DNA of 63,293 nt from positions 1-63,293 of the forward strand of contig DATKLW010000066.1 of assembly GCA_035542215.1 (NCBI GenBank). The letters run 5' to 3'. A model generated the notes under the pieces. It had not been told where the DNA came from. It saw only the letters and a list, made by a program, of their open reading frames with translations, and searched no databases. The translations under genes were made by a program, and so were the position numbers. Positions 45,968 to 54,935 of the stretch are shown here, one piece after another. How positions within the stretch are numbered: position 1 is the stretch's first letter; each line of letters starts with the position of its first letter. Source of the DNA: Thermoanaerobaculia bacterium (GTDB taxonomy: Bacteria; Acidobacteriota; Thermoanaerobaculia; UBA5066).

Positions 45968-47083
45968 ATGAAGCGCCTTCTCGCCCTCGTCCGCAAGGAG
46001 TTCCTCCAGCTGCGCCGCGACACGATCACGCTCCGGATGATCGTGATGGTGCCGATCATCCAGACCCTCATCTTCGGTTACGCGATCAACTACGACGTCA
46101 AGCACCTCAAGACCGTCGTTCTCGACGAGGACAAGTCGTACGAGAGCCGCGAGCTCGTCGCGAAGATGACCGCCAGCGAGTACTTCGACGTCGTCAAGTA
46201 CGTCGACTCCGATTCCGCACTGCGGCGCGAGATCGACTCGGGGTACGAGTCCGTCGGCCTCGTGATCGACCACGACTACGGCAAGAACCGGCGCCGCGGC
46301 GTGCCGGCGAAGGCCCTCCTCGTCGTGAACGCCTCCGACACGGTGACCGCGAGCCAGGCAATGGGGATCGCGGGCGGGATCTCGAATCAGCTTTCGTTCC
46401 GGACGCTCGCCGCGAGGGCCGGCTGGAACGAGCCCGGGCCGCCCGTCGACCTGCGCGTGAGGCCCTGGTACAACCCCGACCTGCGCACGGCGACGTTCAT
46501 CATCCCCGGGCTCATCGCGATCATCCTGACGTTCACGCTCATCCAGTTCACGGCGATGGCGATCGTGCGCGAGAGGGAGCGCGGGACGCTCGAGCAGCTC
46601 CAGGTCACGCCCGTCACGCGCGTCGAGCTCATCCTCGGGAAGATCGCGCCGTTCGTCCTGATCGGCGTCTTCCAGCTCACGCTCATCATCGTCCTGATGC
46701 TCTACCTGTTCCAGGTTCCGATCGCCGGGAGCATCGTCGAGCTCTACCTCGTCGGCTTCATGTTCATCGCGGCCGTCCTCGGCCTCGGGATGCTCCTCTC
46801 GACGCTCGCCGCGACGCAGATGCAGGCCATGCAGATGTCGTTCTTCTTCATCCTGCCGTTCATCTTCCTGTCGGGGTACGTCTTCCCGATCGACGGCATG
46901 CCGGCGATCTTCCGGTACCTCTCCTACGTGATCCCGGCGAAGTACTTCATCGAGGTCGTCCGCGGCATCGTCCTGCGCGGCGCGGGGATGCGGGAGCTCT
47001 GGGAGCCGGTCGCCTGGCTCACGTTCTACACGGTCGTGATCATCGGCCTCGCGGTCGCGCGGTTCCGGAAGACGGCGGCGTAG
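45968..47083 (+). CDS. ABC-2 type transporter permease (YbhS/YbhR-like)
   Basis: 371 aa. 'LVRKEFLQLRRD', a large first periplasmic loop and 6 TM helices. Confidence 0.9.
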   Translation: MKRLLALVRKEFLQLRRDTITLRMIVMVPIIQTLIFGYAINYDVKHLKTVVLDEDKSYESRELVAKMTASEYFDVVKYVDSDSALRREIDSGYESVGLVIDHDYGKNRRRGVPAKALLVVNASDTVTASQAMGIAGGISNQLSFRTLAARAGWNEPGPPVDLRVRPWYNPDLRTATFIIPGLIAIILTFTLIQFTAMAIVRERERGTLEQLQVTPVTRVELILGKIAPFVLIGVFQLTLIIVLMLYLFQVPIAGSIVELYLVGFMFIAAVLGLGMLLSTLAATQMQAMQMSFFFILPFIFLSGYVFPIDGMPAIFRYLSYVIPAKYFIEVVRGIVLRGAGMRELWEPVAWLTFYTVVIIGLAVARFRKTAA

Positions 47084-47084
47084 G

Positions 47085-47759
47085 ATGGGGTCCGTGACCA
47101 CGTCTGCCGCCGGGGCTCCGGCAACGTCCAAGCCCCTCCTCCGGGGCGTTCTCCACGAGGCTTCCGCGTTCGTCGCGGCGGTCGCGGGGGCGATCCTCTT
47201 CTTCCGGGCTTCCGGGGCGCGCGCGCGCGCCGGCGCGCTCGTCTACGGGCTCTCGCTCGTCACGCTCCTCGCGGTCAGCGCCACGTACCACCGCAAGAAC
47301 TGGTCGGAGAAGGTGCGCGCGGTCTGGCGCCGGCTGGACCACTCGGCGATCTTTCTCCTGATCGCCGGGACGTACACCCCGCTCAGCTTCCTCCTCGGGA
47401 GCCGCCTCGGCTGGATCTTCCTCGGCATCGTCTGGGGCGGGGCCGTTCTCGGGATCGTGATGTCCGTCGCATGGGTGAAGGCGCCGAAAGCGCTCGTCGC
47501 CGCCGTCTGCGTCCTCCTCGGCTGGGCTGCGATTCCGCTCCTGCCGGCTCTGAAAGCGGCGCTCGGGACCTCATCCGTCGCCCTCCTCGCGGCGGGTGGC
47601 GTCGTCTACAGCCTCGGCGCGGCCGTCTACGCGCTTCGCCGTCCGGACCCGTTCCCGAGGGTCTTCGGTTACCACGAGATCTTCCACGCCCTCGTCGTCG
47701 CCGCCGCCGTCTGCCATTTCGCGGTCGTCGCGCGCGCGGTCGTCGCGCTCTCGGCCTGA
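47085..47759 (+). CDS. Hemolysin III / PAQR family membrane protein
   Basis: 224 aa, 7 TM helices. 'LRGVLHE', 'SATYH', 'LDHSAIFLLIAGTYTP', 'HEIFH'. Confidence 0.9.
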   Translation: MGSVTTSAAGAPATSKPLLRGVLHEASAFVAAVAGAILFFRASGARARAGALVYGLSLVTLLAVSATYHRKNWSEKVRAVWRRLDHSAIFLLIAGTYTPLSFLLGSRLGWIFLGIVWGGAVLGIVMSVAWVKAPKALVAAVCVLLGWAAIPLLPALKAALGTSSVALLAAGGVVYSLGAAVYALRRPDPFPRVFGYHEIFHALVVAAAVCHFAVVARAVVALSA

Positions 47760-47778
47760 CGGGAGCCGTTTCCGGCCC

Positions 47779-48468
47779 ATGTCCCCGGCCCTTCCCCACT
47801 TCACGGCGATTCCGCTCTTCCAGTGCCTCAAGCCGGAGGAGCGCCGGGTCCTCGCGCCCGTCTGCCAGGCCGTCCCGTACGGGAAGGGCGAGGAGATCTT
47901 CCACGAGGGCGCGCCGGCCGAGGATCTCTGCTTCGTCGTCCTCGGCCGGGTGAAGGTCGTCAAGGCGGGGCCCGACCGCGACGTCATCCTCGGCCTCTTC
48001 GGCCCCGGCGAGCCCGTCGGCGCCGTCGCGGTCTTCGAGGGCGGGCGTTTCCCGGCGTCCGCGGTCGCGCTCGAGCCCTCGACGATCCTGCGCGTCCCGG
48101 AGCGGGCGTTTTTCGCGGCGATCGACGCGCACCCGGAGATGACGCGCAGCCTCCTGCAGGGCCTCATGGTCCGGCAGTTCGAGATCACGCGGCGCCTCGC
48201 GGACCTCTCGGCGCCCGTCGAGCGGCGCATCGCGCGCCTCCTCTTGACGCTCGCCGCGCGCATGGGCCGCCCCGCGCCTTCGCGCGTCGAGATCCCGCTC
48301 GCGCTCTCGCGGCTCGAGATCGCCGAGCTCACGGGGACGACCGTCGAGACGGCGATCCGCGTCATGAGCCGCTGGGGCAAGGACGGCGTCGTCGCGACGA
48401 CGCCCGACGGCTTCGTCGTCCACGACGAGGCCGCGCTGAAACAAATCGCCTTCGGCGAGCCGGGCTAG
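47779..48468 (+). CDS. Crp/Fnr family transcriptional regulator
   Basis: In frame within ORF 47596..48468, from ATG 47779 (229 aa). cNMP-binding domain 'IFHEGAPAEDLCFVVLGRVKV'. C-terminal HTH 'SRLEIAELTGTTVETAIRVMSRW'. Confidence 0.9.
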   Translation: MSPALPHFTAIPLFQCLKPEERRVLAPVCQAVPYGKGEEIFHEGAPAEDLCFVVLGRVKVVKAGPDRDVILGLFGPGEPVGAVAVFEGGRFPASAVALEPSTILRVPERAFFAAIDAHPEMTRSLLQGLMVRQFEITRRLADLSAPVERRIARLLLTLAARMGRPAPSRVEIPLALSRLEIAELTGTTVETAIRVMSRWGKDGVVATTPDGFVVHDEAALKQIAFGEPG

Positions 48469-48495
48469 GCTCGCAAGGACGCACAGGAGGATCCC

Positions 48496-50424
48496 ATGAG
48501 TCTCCGCAGAACACTCGCCGGCCTGGCTGCGCTCGCGCTCGGCGCGCTCGCCGCGGCGCCGCTCTTCGCCCAGGACGCCGGCGAGATCGATGCCGCGGCC
48601 GCCGCGAAGGCGTTCCCGAAGGCTTCGTACTCCCCGTACGCGGGCCGCGATTACCCGACGCGTCCGCTCTTCGGCGACACGCACCTCCACACGTCGTTCT
48701 CCATGGACGCGGGCGCGTTCGGCGCGCGCCTCACGCCGCGGGACGCCGACCGGTTCGCGCGGGGCGAGGAGGTCGTCTCGAACAGCGGCCAGCCCGTCAA
48801 GCTCTCGCGCCCGCTCGACTTCCTCGTCGTCGCCGACCACTCGGACGGCATGGGGTTCTTCCCGCAGCTCATGGGCGGCGACCCGGCGCTCCTCGCGACG
48901 GAGCAGGGCCGCAGGTGGTACGACCAGATCAAGGGCGGCAAGGGGGGCGACGCCGCCATGGACATCATCGTGAGCTTCAGCAACGGGAAGATGCCCAAGG
49001 GCTTCCCGGAGCCCGGCACGGCGGCCTATCGCAACGCGTGGATGGAGACGATCAAGGCGGCGGAGGCCTACAACGACCCCGGCCGGTTCACGGCCTTCAT
49101 CGGGTTCGAGTGGACCTCGAACACGGGCGGCAACAACCTTCACCGGAACGTCATCTTTCGCGGGAACGGTGCGCAGGCGGGCCTCGTCGAGCCGTTCACG
49201 ACACTCAGGCCCCTCGGCAGCGACAACCCCGAGGACCTCTGGAAGTGGATGACGATGGCGGAGCAGAAGACGGGAAGCAGCGTCCTCGCCATCGCCCACA
49301 ACGGCAACCTGTCGAACGGGACCATGTTCCCGGTCGTCGAGGCCTTCGGGAAGAAGCTCGACCGGACGTACGCCGAGACGCGCGCGGCGCGCGAGCCGCT
49401 CTACGAGGTGACGCAGACGAAGGGCACCGGGGAGGCCCATCCCTTCCTTTCGCCGAACGACGAGTTCGCCGCGTTCGAGCTCTGGGACAAGGGCAACCTC
49501 GACGCGAGCGTGGCGAAGACGAAGGACATGCTCGAGTACGAGTACGCCCGCTCCGCGCTGAAAAACGGCCTGAAGCTCGAGCAGCAGCTCGGCACGAATC
49601 CGTACAAGTTCGGAATGATCGGCAGCACCGACTCGCACACGGGCCTCGTCGCGGTGGAAGAGGACAACTTCTTCGGGAAGACGGCGCCGCAGGAGCCGAG
49701 TCCGGAGCGCCTGACGAAGACGTTCGTCGCGAACAAGAAGACCGGCGTGACGATCATGGACTGGGAAGTGGGCGCGTCGGGCTGGGCGGCCGTGTGGGCG
49801 AAGGAGAACACGCGCGAGGCGATCTTCGACGCCATGCAGCGCCGGGAGACGTACGCGACGACCGGCACGCGCATGGTCGTGCGCTTCTTCGGCGGCTTCG
49901 ACTTCGAAGCGAACGACGCGTACGACCGGATGCCGGCCCGGATCGGATACGCCAGGGGCGTCCCGATGGGCGGCGACCTCTCGAAGGCCCCGGCGGGCAA
50001 GGCGCCGACCTTCCTCGTGGGCGCGCTCCGCGATCCGATCGGCGCGAACCTCGACCGCATCCAGGTGATCAAGGGCTGGATGGACGGCAAGGGCGAGCTC
50101 CACGAGAAGGTCTACGACGTCGCGTGGTCGGGGTCCCGCAAGGCCGACCCGAAGACCGGCAAGGTCCCCCCGGTGGGCGACACCGTGGACGTCGCGCGCG
50201 CGACGTACACGAACACGATCGGCGCGCCCGAGCTGATCACCGTCTGGAAAGACCCCGCCTTCGACCCGGCGCAGAAGGCCTTCTACTACGCCCGCGTGAT
50301 CGAGATCCCGACGCCGCGCTGGACCGCGTACGACGCGGCGCGGTACGGCACGAAGCCTCTCCCCGGCACGCGCATGACGATCACCGAGCGCGCGTACACG
50401 TCGCCGATCTGGTATACGCCGTAG
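48496..50424 (+). CDS. DUF3604 domain-containing protein (PHP-like metal-dependent hydrolase fold)
   Basis: 642 aa. Signal peptide. 'FGDTHLHTSFSMDA', 'ADHSDGMG', 'FIGFEWTS..GGNNLHRNVIF', 'YYARVIEIPTPRWT'. AGGAGG SD. Confidence 0.85.
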   Translation: MSLRRTLAGLAALALGALAAAPLFAQDAGEIDAAAAAKAFPKASYSPYAGRDYPTRPLFGDTHLHTSFSMDAGAFGARLTPRDADRFARGEEVVSNSGQPVKLSRPLDFLVVADHSDGMGFFPQLMGGDPALLATEQGRRWYDQIKGGKGGDAAMDIIVSFSNGKMPKGFPEPGTAAYRNAWMETIKAAEAYNDPGRFTAFIGFEWTSNTGGNNLHRNVIFRGNGAQAGLVEPFTTLRPLGSDNPEDLWKWMTMAEQKTGSSVLAIAHNGNLSNGTMFPVVEAFGKKLDRTYAETRAAREPLYEVTQTKGTGEAHPFLSPNDEFAAFELWDKGNLDASVAKTKDMLEYEYARSALKNGLKLEQQLGTNPYKFGMIGSTDSHTGLVAVEEDNFFGKTAPQEPSPERLTKTFVANKKTGVTIMDWEVGASGWAAVWAKENTREAIFDAMQRRETYATTGTRMVVRFFGGFDFEANDAYDRMPARIGYARGVPMGGDLSKAPAGKAPTFLVGALRDPIGANLDRIQVIKGWMDGKGELHEKVYDVAWSGSRKADPKTGKVPPVGDTVDVARATYTNTIGAPELITVWKDPAFDPAQKAFYYARVIEIPTPRWTAYDAARYGTKPLPGTRMTITERAYTSPIWYTP

Positions 50425-50443
50425 GCCGGTCCAAGGAGCTCAC

Positions 50444-51007
50444 ATGAAGAAACTCGTCCTCGCCGCCGCCCTCTGCGCCGCCGTCGTCCTCGTCTCGGCG
50501 CCCGCCGCCGCGCAGGGAACGGGCGGGTTCCAGTTCGGCCTCACGGGCGGCCTCACGAAGCCGAACGGGACCACGTCCGACACGTTCGACAACGGCTACC
50601 ACGGCGGCCTCGTCCTGAACTACGAGCTCCCCGCCCTTCCGCTCGGGCTCCGCGTGGACGGCGACTACCACCGCCTCGACGCGAAGACGGGCGCCTCGGG
50701 CGCGAGCGGCTCCGCGGAGATCATCGACGGCAACGCGAACCTCGTCCTCGGCCTCCGGATCCTCGTCGTCAAGGTCTACGTTCTGGGCGGCGCGGGCGTG
50801 TACTACAACCGGTTCTCGGGCTCGGCCGGCGGGCGGTCCGGGACGACGCTCTCCGAGACGGACTTCGGGTGGAACGCCGGCGCCGGCGCCGCGTTCGTCG
50901 TCGGCAAGGTCTCGATCTTCGTCGAGGGCCGGTACCACGAAGTCACGCTGGACAACTCGGCCGGCAAATTCAAGTTCATCCCGGTGACGGCCGGGATCCT
51001 CTTCTAG
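50444..51007 (+). CDS. Small outer-membrane beta-barrel protein (OmpA-beta-barrel/OmpW-like)
   Basis: 187 aa. Signal peptide MKKLVLAAALCAAVVLVSAPAAA|Q. Alternating beta-strand pattern. C-terminal 'GILF'. AAGGAG SD. Confidence 0.8.
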   Translation: MKKLVLAAALCAAVVLVSAPAAAQGTGGFQFGLTGGLTKPNGTTSDTFDNGYHGGLVLNYELPALPLGLRVDGDYHRLDAKTGASGASGSAEIIDGNANLVLGLRILVVKVYVLGGAGVYYNRFSGSAGGRSGTTLSETDFGWNAGAGAAFVVGKVSIFVEGRYHEVTLDNSAGKFKFIPVTAGILF

Positions 51008-52502
51008 GGGCGGACCGGCCGCGCCCCGCGTTCTTCCGGGGCGGACCCTTCTTCTTTTTCGCCGGCACGGCCTTCGCGGCCGGGACCGCGCGGGCGGCCC
51101 AGGCGACGAGCTCCGTGAACTCCTCCTCGAATGCGGCCGCGATCGCCTCCGGGTCGGGGACGAGCCCCTTGTCGCTCGCGACGCCGACGACGACCTGTCC
51201 GTCGTAGCTGAAGATCGAGACTCCGAGGCCCATCCGGCCCGACTGTGGCACCCAGCCCAGCCACGTGCGGATCCTCTCGCCCGCGAAGTAGAGCGGCTGC
51301 TTCGGCCCGATCACGTTCGTCATCACGGCGGTCGCCTTCGTCCCGAACATGTTCACGGCGAGGCCGGCGACCTCGATCGGGGCGAGGCCGAGCGCGTTCA
51401 GGATCTGGAACGTCACGAACGGCTCGGGCGAGCTCTTGATCTCGTCCATCCGCGCCTTCACGAGCCGCAGGCGCTCGGCGCGGTCCTCGGTGCCGACGGG
51501 GAGCGCGAGGTAGATGAGACCGAAGCGGTTCCCGAGCTCGTCGGCCTCGGCGGGCGGGCGGAGGTTGACGGGAACCATCGCGTTGATCTCGACGCCGTCG
51601 GCCGGGTCGCCGCGCTGGAGGAGGTACCGGCGGAGCGCTCCGGAGACCGCGGTGAGGAGAACGTCGTTCACGGTGCCGCCAACCGACCGGCCGACGGCCT
51701 TGACCTCGTCGAGCGGGATCGGCCGCGACCAGGCCGCGCGCTTGGCGACCCCGAGGCGCCCCTTGAGCCGCGTGGCCGTGTCGGGGCTCTTCAGGATCAT
51801 CTTGACGAGGACGGAGGCAGCCTCCGTGGCGGTCTGCGCCACGTCGCGGGCGTGCGCCGGGTTGAGGAGAGCCTCCACGCCTTCCTGCAGGAGCACGCCG
51901 GCCGCCTTCCGTGTCGTCCCGACCGTCCTCTCGACGGCGGAGCGCGCGTCGTCGAGCAGGGACACGATCCGCTCGCCGACGTGCTTCTCGTGGGGCAAGA
52001 GGCTCGCCCGCACGGGCCACGGCGCGTCGGAGGCGGTGTCCGTGGTCGAGAGGATCACGTGCACGAGCGCGACGCCGTCGCCGATGCAGTGGTGGAACCG
52101 CAGGAGGAGCGCGCTGCCCGCCCCGACCCCCTCGATGTAGTGGCCCTGCCAGAGCGGCTTCGTGAAATCGAGCGGCGTCGACATGAGATCGCTCACGACG
52201 TCTCGGAGCTCCGCGAGGTCTCCGGGCGAAGGCAGCGCCATCCGGTGGAGGTGGGCGCCGATGTCGAACGTCGGGTCCTCGACCCAATGGGCGAAGGAGC
52301 CGACCTGCTTCACCCGATGCCTGAGGCGCGGGAACCGGTCCACCATCCGCCCCTGCAGGGTGTCGCGCACCCGGCCGAAGTCGAGCGGACGGTCGAAGAT
52401 GAAAATCCCCGTCACCATCATCAGGTTCGTGGGGTCTTCCATGTGCAGCCACGCCGTGTCGACGTACGTCAGAGGCGTGCCGTCGTGGACGTTGTCGGGC
52501 AT
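50976..52502 (-). CDS. Wax ester synthase/diacylglycerol acyltransferase (WS/DGAT)
   Basis: 508 aa. Active-site 'HHCIGDGVAL' (HHxxxDG), 'NDVLLTAVSGALRRYL', 'NVIGP'. Lys/Arg-rich C-terminal tail. Confidence 0.9.
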   Translation of the reverse strand: MPDNVHDGTPLTYVDTAWLHMEDPTNLMMVTGIFIFDRPLDFGRVRDTLQGRMVDRFPRLRHRVKQVGSFAHWVEDPTFDIGAHLHRMALPSPGDLAELRDVVSDLMSTPLDFTKPLWQGHYIEGVGAGSALLLRFHHCIGDGVALVHVILSTTDTASDAPWPVRASLLPHEKHVGERIVSLLDDARSAVERTVGTTRKAAGVLLQEGVEALLNPAHARDVAQTATEAASVLVKMILKSPDTATRLKGRLGVAKRAAWSRPIPLDEVKAVGRSVGGTVNDVLLTAVSGALRRYLLQRGDPADGVEINAMVPVNLRPPAEADELGNRFGLIYLALPVGTEDRAERLRLVKARMDEIKSSPEPFVTFQILNALGLAPIEVAGLAVNMFGTKATAVMTNVIGPKQPLYFAGERIRTWLGWVPQSGRMGLGVSIFSYDGQVVVGVASDKGLVPDPEAIAAAFEEEFTELVAWAARAVPAAKAVPAKKKKGPPRKNAGRGRSAPRRGSRPSPG

Positions 52503-52694
52503 GGGACGAAGATGCGGCCCCGCCCGGCCGCGCGCAAGCCTTTGAGGGGAGTCTTCTTCCCCGCATGACCTCCGTCATACGCGGCGCCGGCTCGAGGGTG
52601 GGATCGTCGGAGCCGGAAAGGCGGCCCGAGGCGTCGTGATTCACCTGTTTCATCGACCGCAAAGCGCCCGGACCGCTAGCTTGTCAGAGCACGC

Positions 52695-53153
52695 ATGACC
52701 TCGAGACGAGGCTTCTCCCTTCTTCCCATTCCCCTCACGCTCGCCGCCGCCGCAGCGGGGCTGGCGCTCGGGGTGGGCGGCTACGCGTTCTGGTACGCGA
52801 AGGGCTCGTCCTACCTCGGCAACGATCCCGCGACGTGCGCGAACTGCCACGTCATGAGCGCGCATTACGCCGGCTGGCTCACGGGACCGCACCACGGCGT
52901 CGCCACGTGCAACGACTGCCACACGCCGGCAGGCCCGATCTCGAAATACACGGTCAAGGCCCTGAACGGCTGGCACCACTCCTGGGCCTTCACGATGGGC
53001 GGCTACCCGGACGTGATCCGCGCCCGCCCGGAGAGCACGGCCGTCGTCGAGGCGAACTGCCGCCGCTGTCATTCCGATCTCGTCGATTCGATGTCCCACG
53101 GCGGCGACGTCTCGTGCGTTCGCTGCCACGGCTCGGTCGGCCATGCCCGCTGA
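52695..53153 (+). CDS. nrfH: Cytochrome c nitrite reductase small subunit NrfH (tetraheme, membrane-anchored)
   Basis: 152 aa. N-terminal TM helix and four CxxCH motifs (CANCH, CNDCH, CRRCH, CVRCH). Confidence 0.9.
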   Translation: MTSRRGFSLLPIPLTLAAAAAGLALGVGGYAFWYAKGSSYLGNDPATCANCHVMSAHYAGWLTGPHHGVATCNDCHTPAGPISKYTVKALNGWHHSWAFTMGGYPDVIRARPESTAVVEANCRRCHSDLVDSMSHGGDVSCVRCHGSVGHAR

Positions 53154-53181
53154 CGCAATTCCGCCTTCGAAGGAGCACCCC

Positions 53182-54837
53182 ATGTCCGCATCGAACCCGG
53201 CCCCCGAAAAGAAGCGCGGGCTGCTCGTCGCCCTCGTCGCCGGCGTCTTCGTTCTCGTGGCCCTCGTCGCCGCCGCCCTGCTCGTGAACATCGCGGAGAA
53301 GAAGCAGGAAGCGAAGAACTCCTTCGTGAAGCTCACCGAGGTCACGGAGAACGACGTCGACCCGGCCAAGTGGGGCACGAACTGGCCGCGCGAGTACGAC
53401 GGCTACAAGCGCACGTCCGAGCCGACGCACACGAAGTACGGCGGAGGCTGGGGTGGCGCCGAGGGGCTCGTGCCGCCCGAGAAGGCGGCGCGCGACCCGT
53501 GGCTGACGCGGATCTTCGCGGGCTACCTCTTCGCCGTCGACTACCGCGACCGCCGCGGCCACGCGTTCATGCTGACCGACCAGGAGAACACGAAGCGCAA
53601 CGTCCAGGCCGAGGCCAAGCAGTCGGGCAACTGCCTCCACTGCCACGCCTCGATCATGCCGCTCTACCGCAAGCTCGGGAAGGAAGCCGCCCCGCAGGCG
53701 AGCGAGGCCGAGCAGCTCCAGAAGGGTCTCGAGAAGGTCGGCGAGATGGGCTACTGGGACGCCCACAAGGCGCTCGAGCAGCTCACGGGCGGCAAGGTGC
53801 ACCCCGTCTCGTGCGTCGACTGCCACGACCCGAAGTCGATGGAGCTGCGCGTCACCCGGCCGGCATTCGTCGCCGGCATCCAGAAGCTGGCCGCCTCGAA
53901 GGCCGACGTTCCGCACCTCCCGAGCATCGAGCGCTGGCGGAAGGGCGACCGCGCCCACCCCTACGATCCGAACGTGGACGCGACGCGGCAGGAGAAGCGC
54001 TCGTATGTCTGCGGCCAGTGCCACGTCGAGTACTTCTGCGGCAAGGGGACGACGATCTTCTTCCCGTGGGGCGAGGGCCTCAAGGTCGAAGAGATGGAGA
54101 AGCTCTACGACGGCATGCAGGTCAAGGGCGCCCGATTCAAGGACTGGACGCACGCCGAGACCGGCATGGAGGTCCTCAAGGCCCAGCACCCGGAGTTCGA
54201 GATGTGGAGCCAGGGGATCCACGCCCGGAGCGGCGTCGCGTGCGCGGACTGCCACATGTCGTATCGCCGCGACGGCTCCCAGAAGATCTCGGAGCACTGG
54301 GTGCGGAGCCCGCTCCTCTCGGCGAACCGCTCGTGCGCGACGTGCCACCCGTACAGCGACGAGGAGCTCAAGAGCCGCGTCGAGGCGATCCAGGACCGGC
54401 ACTTCGCGCTCATGACGCGCGCGGGTCAGGCCGCGGTCGCCATGATCGACGCGATCGTGGCCGTGCGGGCGCCGTACGACGAGCAGAACCGGCCGGCCGC
54501 GGCCGCGAAGGCGAAGGAGACGCTCGAGAAGAGCGCCGACTTCGCAAAGCTCGCGAAAGAGGACCAGGACAAGAAACTGGCCGCCGAGACGAAGGCCAAC
54601 CTTCTCGTCGCGTGGCGTGCGGTCGTGGACAAGGATCCGGCCATCAAGGAGCTCGGCGAGCTGCAGCGCGCAGCCCAATGGCGGCTCGACATGGTCGCGG
54701 CCGAGAACTCCATGGGCTTCCACGCCCCGCAGGAGATGGCCCGCATCCTCGCCGAGTCGATCGACCTGTCGCGCCAGGCGCAGGTGAAGGCCGGCGAGAT
54801 CCAGCGCGGAAAGGCCGTGAAGACGGCGTCCCGGTAG
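53182..54837 (+). CDS. nrfA: Ammonia-forming cytochrome c nitrite reductase NrfA (pentaheme; heme 1 = CXXCH)
   Basis: ORF 53143..54837, trimmed to ATG 53182 (AGGAG SD). Five heme motifs: CLHCH, CVDCH, CGQCH, CADCH, CATCH. 'YRDRRGHAFML' lies before heme 1. Confidence 0.9.
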   Translation: MSASNPAPEKKRGLLVALVAGVFVLVALVAAALLVNIAEKKQEAKNSFVKLTEVTENDVDPAKWGTNWPREYDGYKRTSEPTHTKYGGGWGGAEGLVPPEKAARDPWLTRIFAGYLFAVDYRDRRGHAFMLTDQENTKRNVQAEAKQSGNCLHCHASIMPLYRKLGKEAAPQASEAEQLQKGLEKVGEMGYWDAHKALEQLTGGKVHPVSCVDCHDPKSMELRVTRPAFVAGIQKLAASKADVPHLPSIERWRKGDRAHPYDPNVDATRQEKRSYVCGQCHVEYFCGKGTTIFFPWGEGLKVEEMEKLYDGMQVKGARFKDWTHAETGMEVLKAQHPEFEMWSQGIHARSGVACADCHMSYRRDGSQKISEHWVRSPLLSANRSCATCHPYSDEELKSRVEAIQDRHFALMTRAGQAAVAMIDAIVAVRAPYDEQNRPAAAAKAKETLEKSADFAKLAKEDQDKKLAAETKANLLVAWRAVVDKDPAIKELGELQRAAQWRLDMVAAENSMGFHAPQEMARILAESIDLSRQAQVKAGEIQRGKAVKTASR

Positions 54838-54884
54838 CGGCCCGCGGCCTGATTCATCTGCTCCATGCGCGGGGGGGCGCAAGG

Positions 54885-54903
54885 ACCCACCTTGCCGGTG
54901 GGT
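54885..54903 (+). terminator. Hairpin downstream of nrfA (7-bp stem)
   Basis: ACCCACC-TTGCC-GGTGGGT, about 48 nt after the nrfA stop. No clear T-tract. Confidence 0.3.
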
Positions 54904-54935
54904 GCAGGCGCGACCCGCGCCGCCCAGGAGGGTCC

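Noticed and set aside
47383-50103. 906-aa minus-strand ORF antisense to Crp/DUF3604
   Set aside because: Shadow ORF with low-complexity Arg-rich composition.
52636-52644. GTGATTCAC palindrome upstream of nrfH as a possible Crp/Fnr site
   Set aside because: It does not match TTGAT-N4-ATCAA (Fnr) or TGTGA-N6-TCACA (Crp) spacing. It is too short to support a call.
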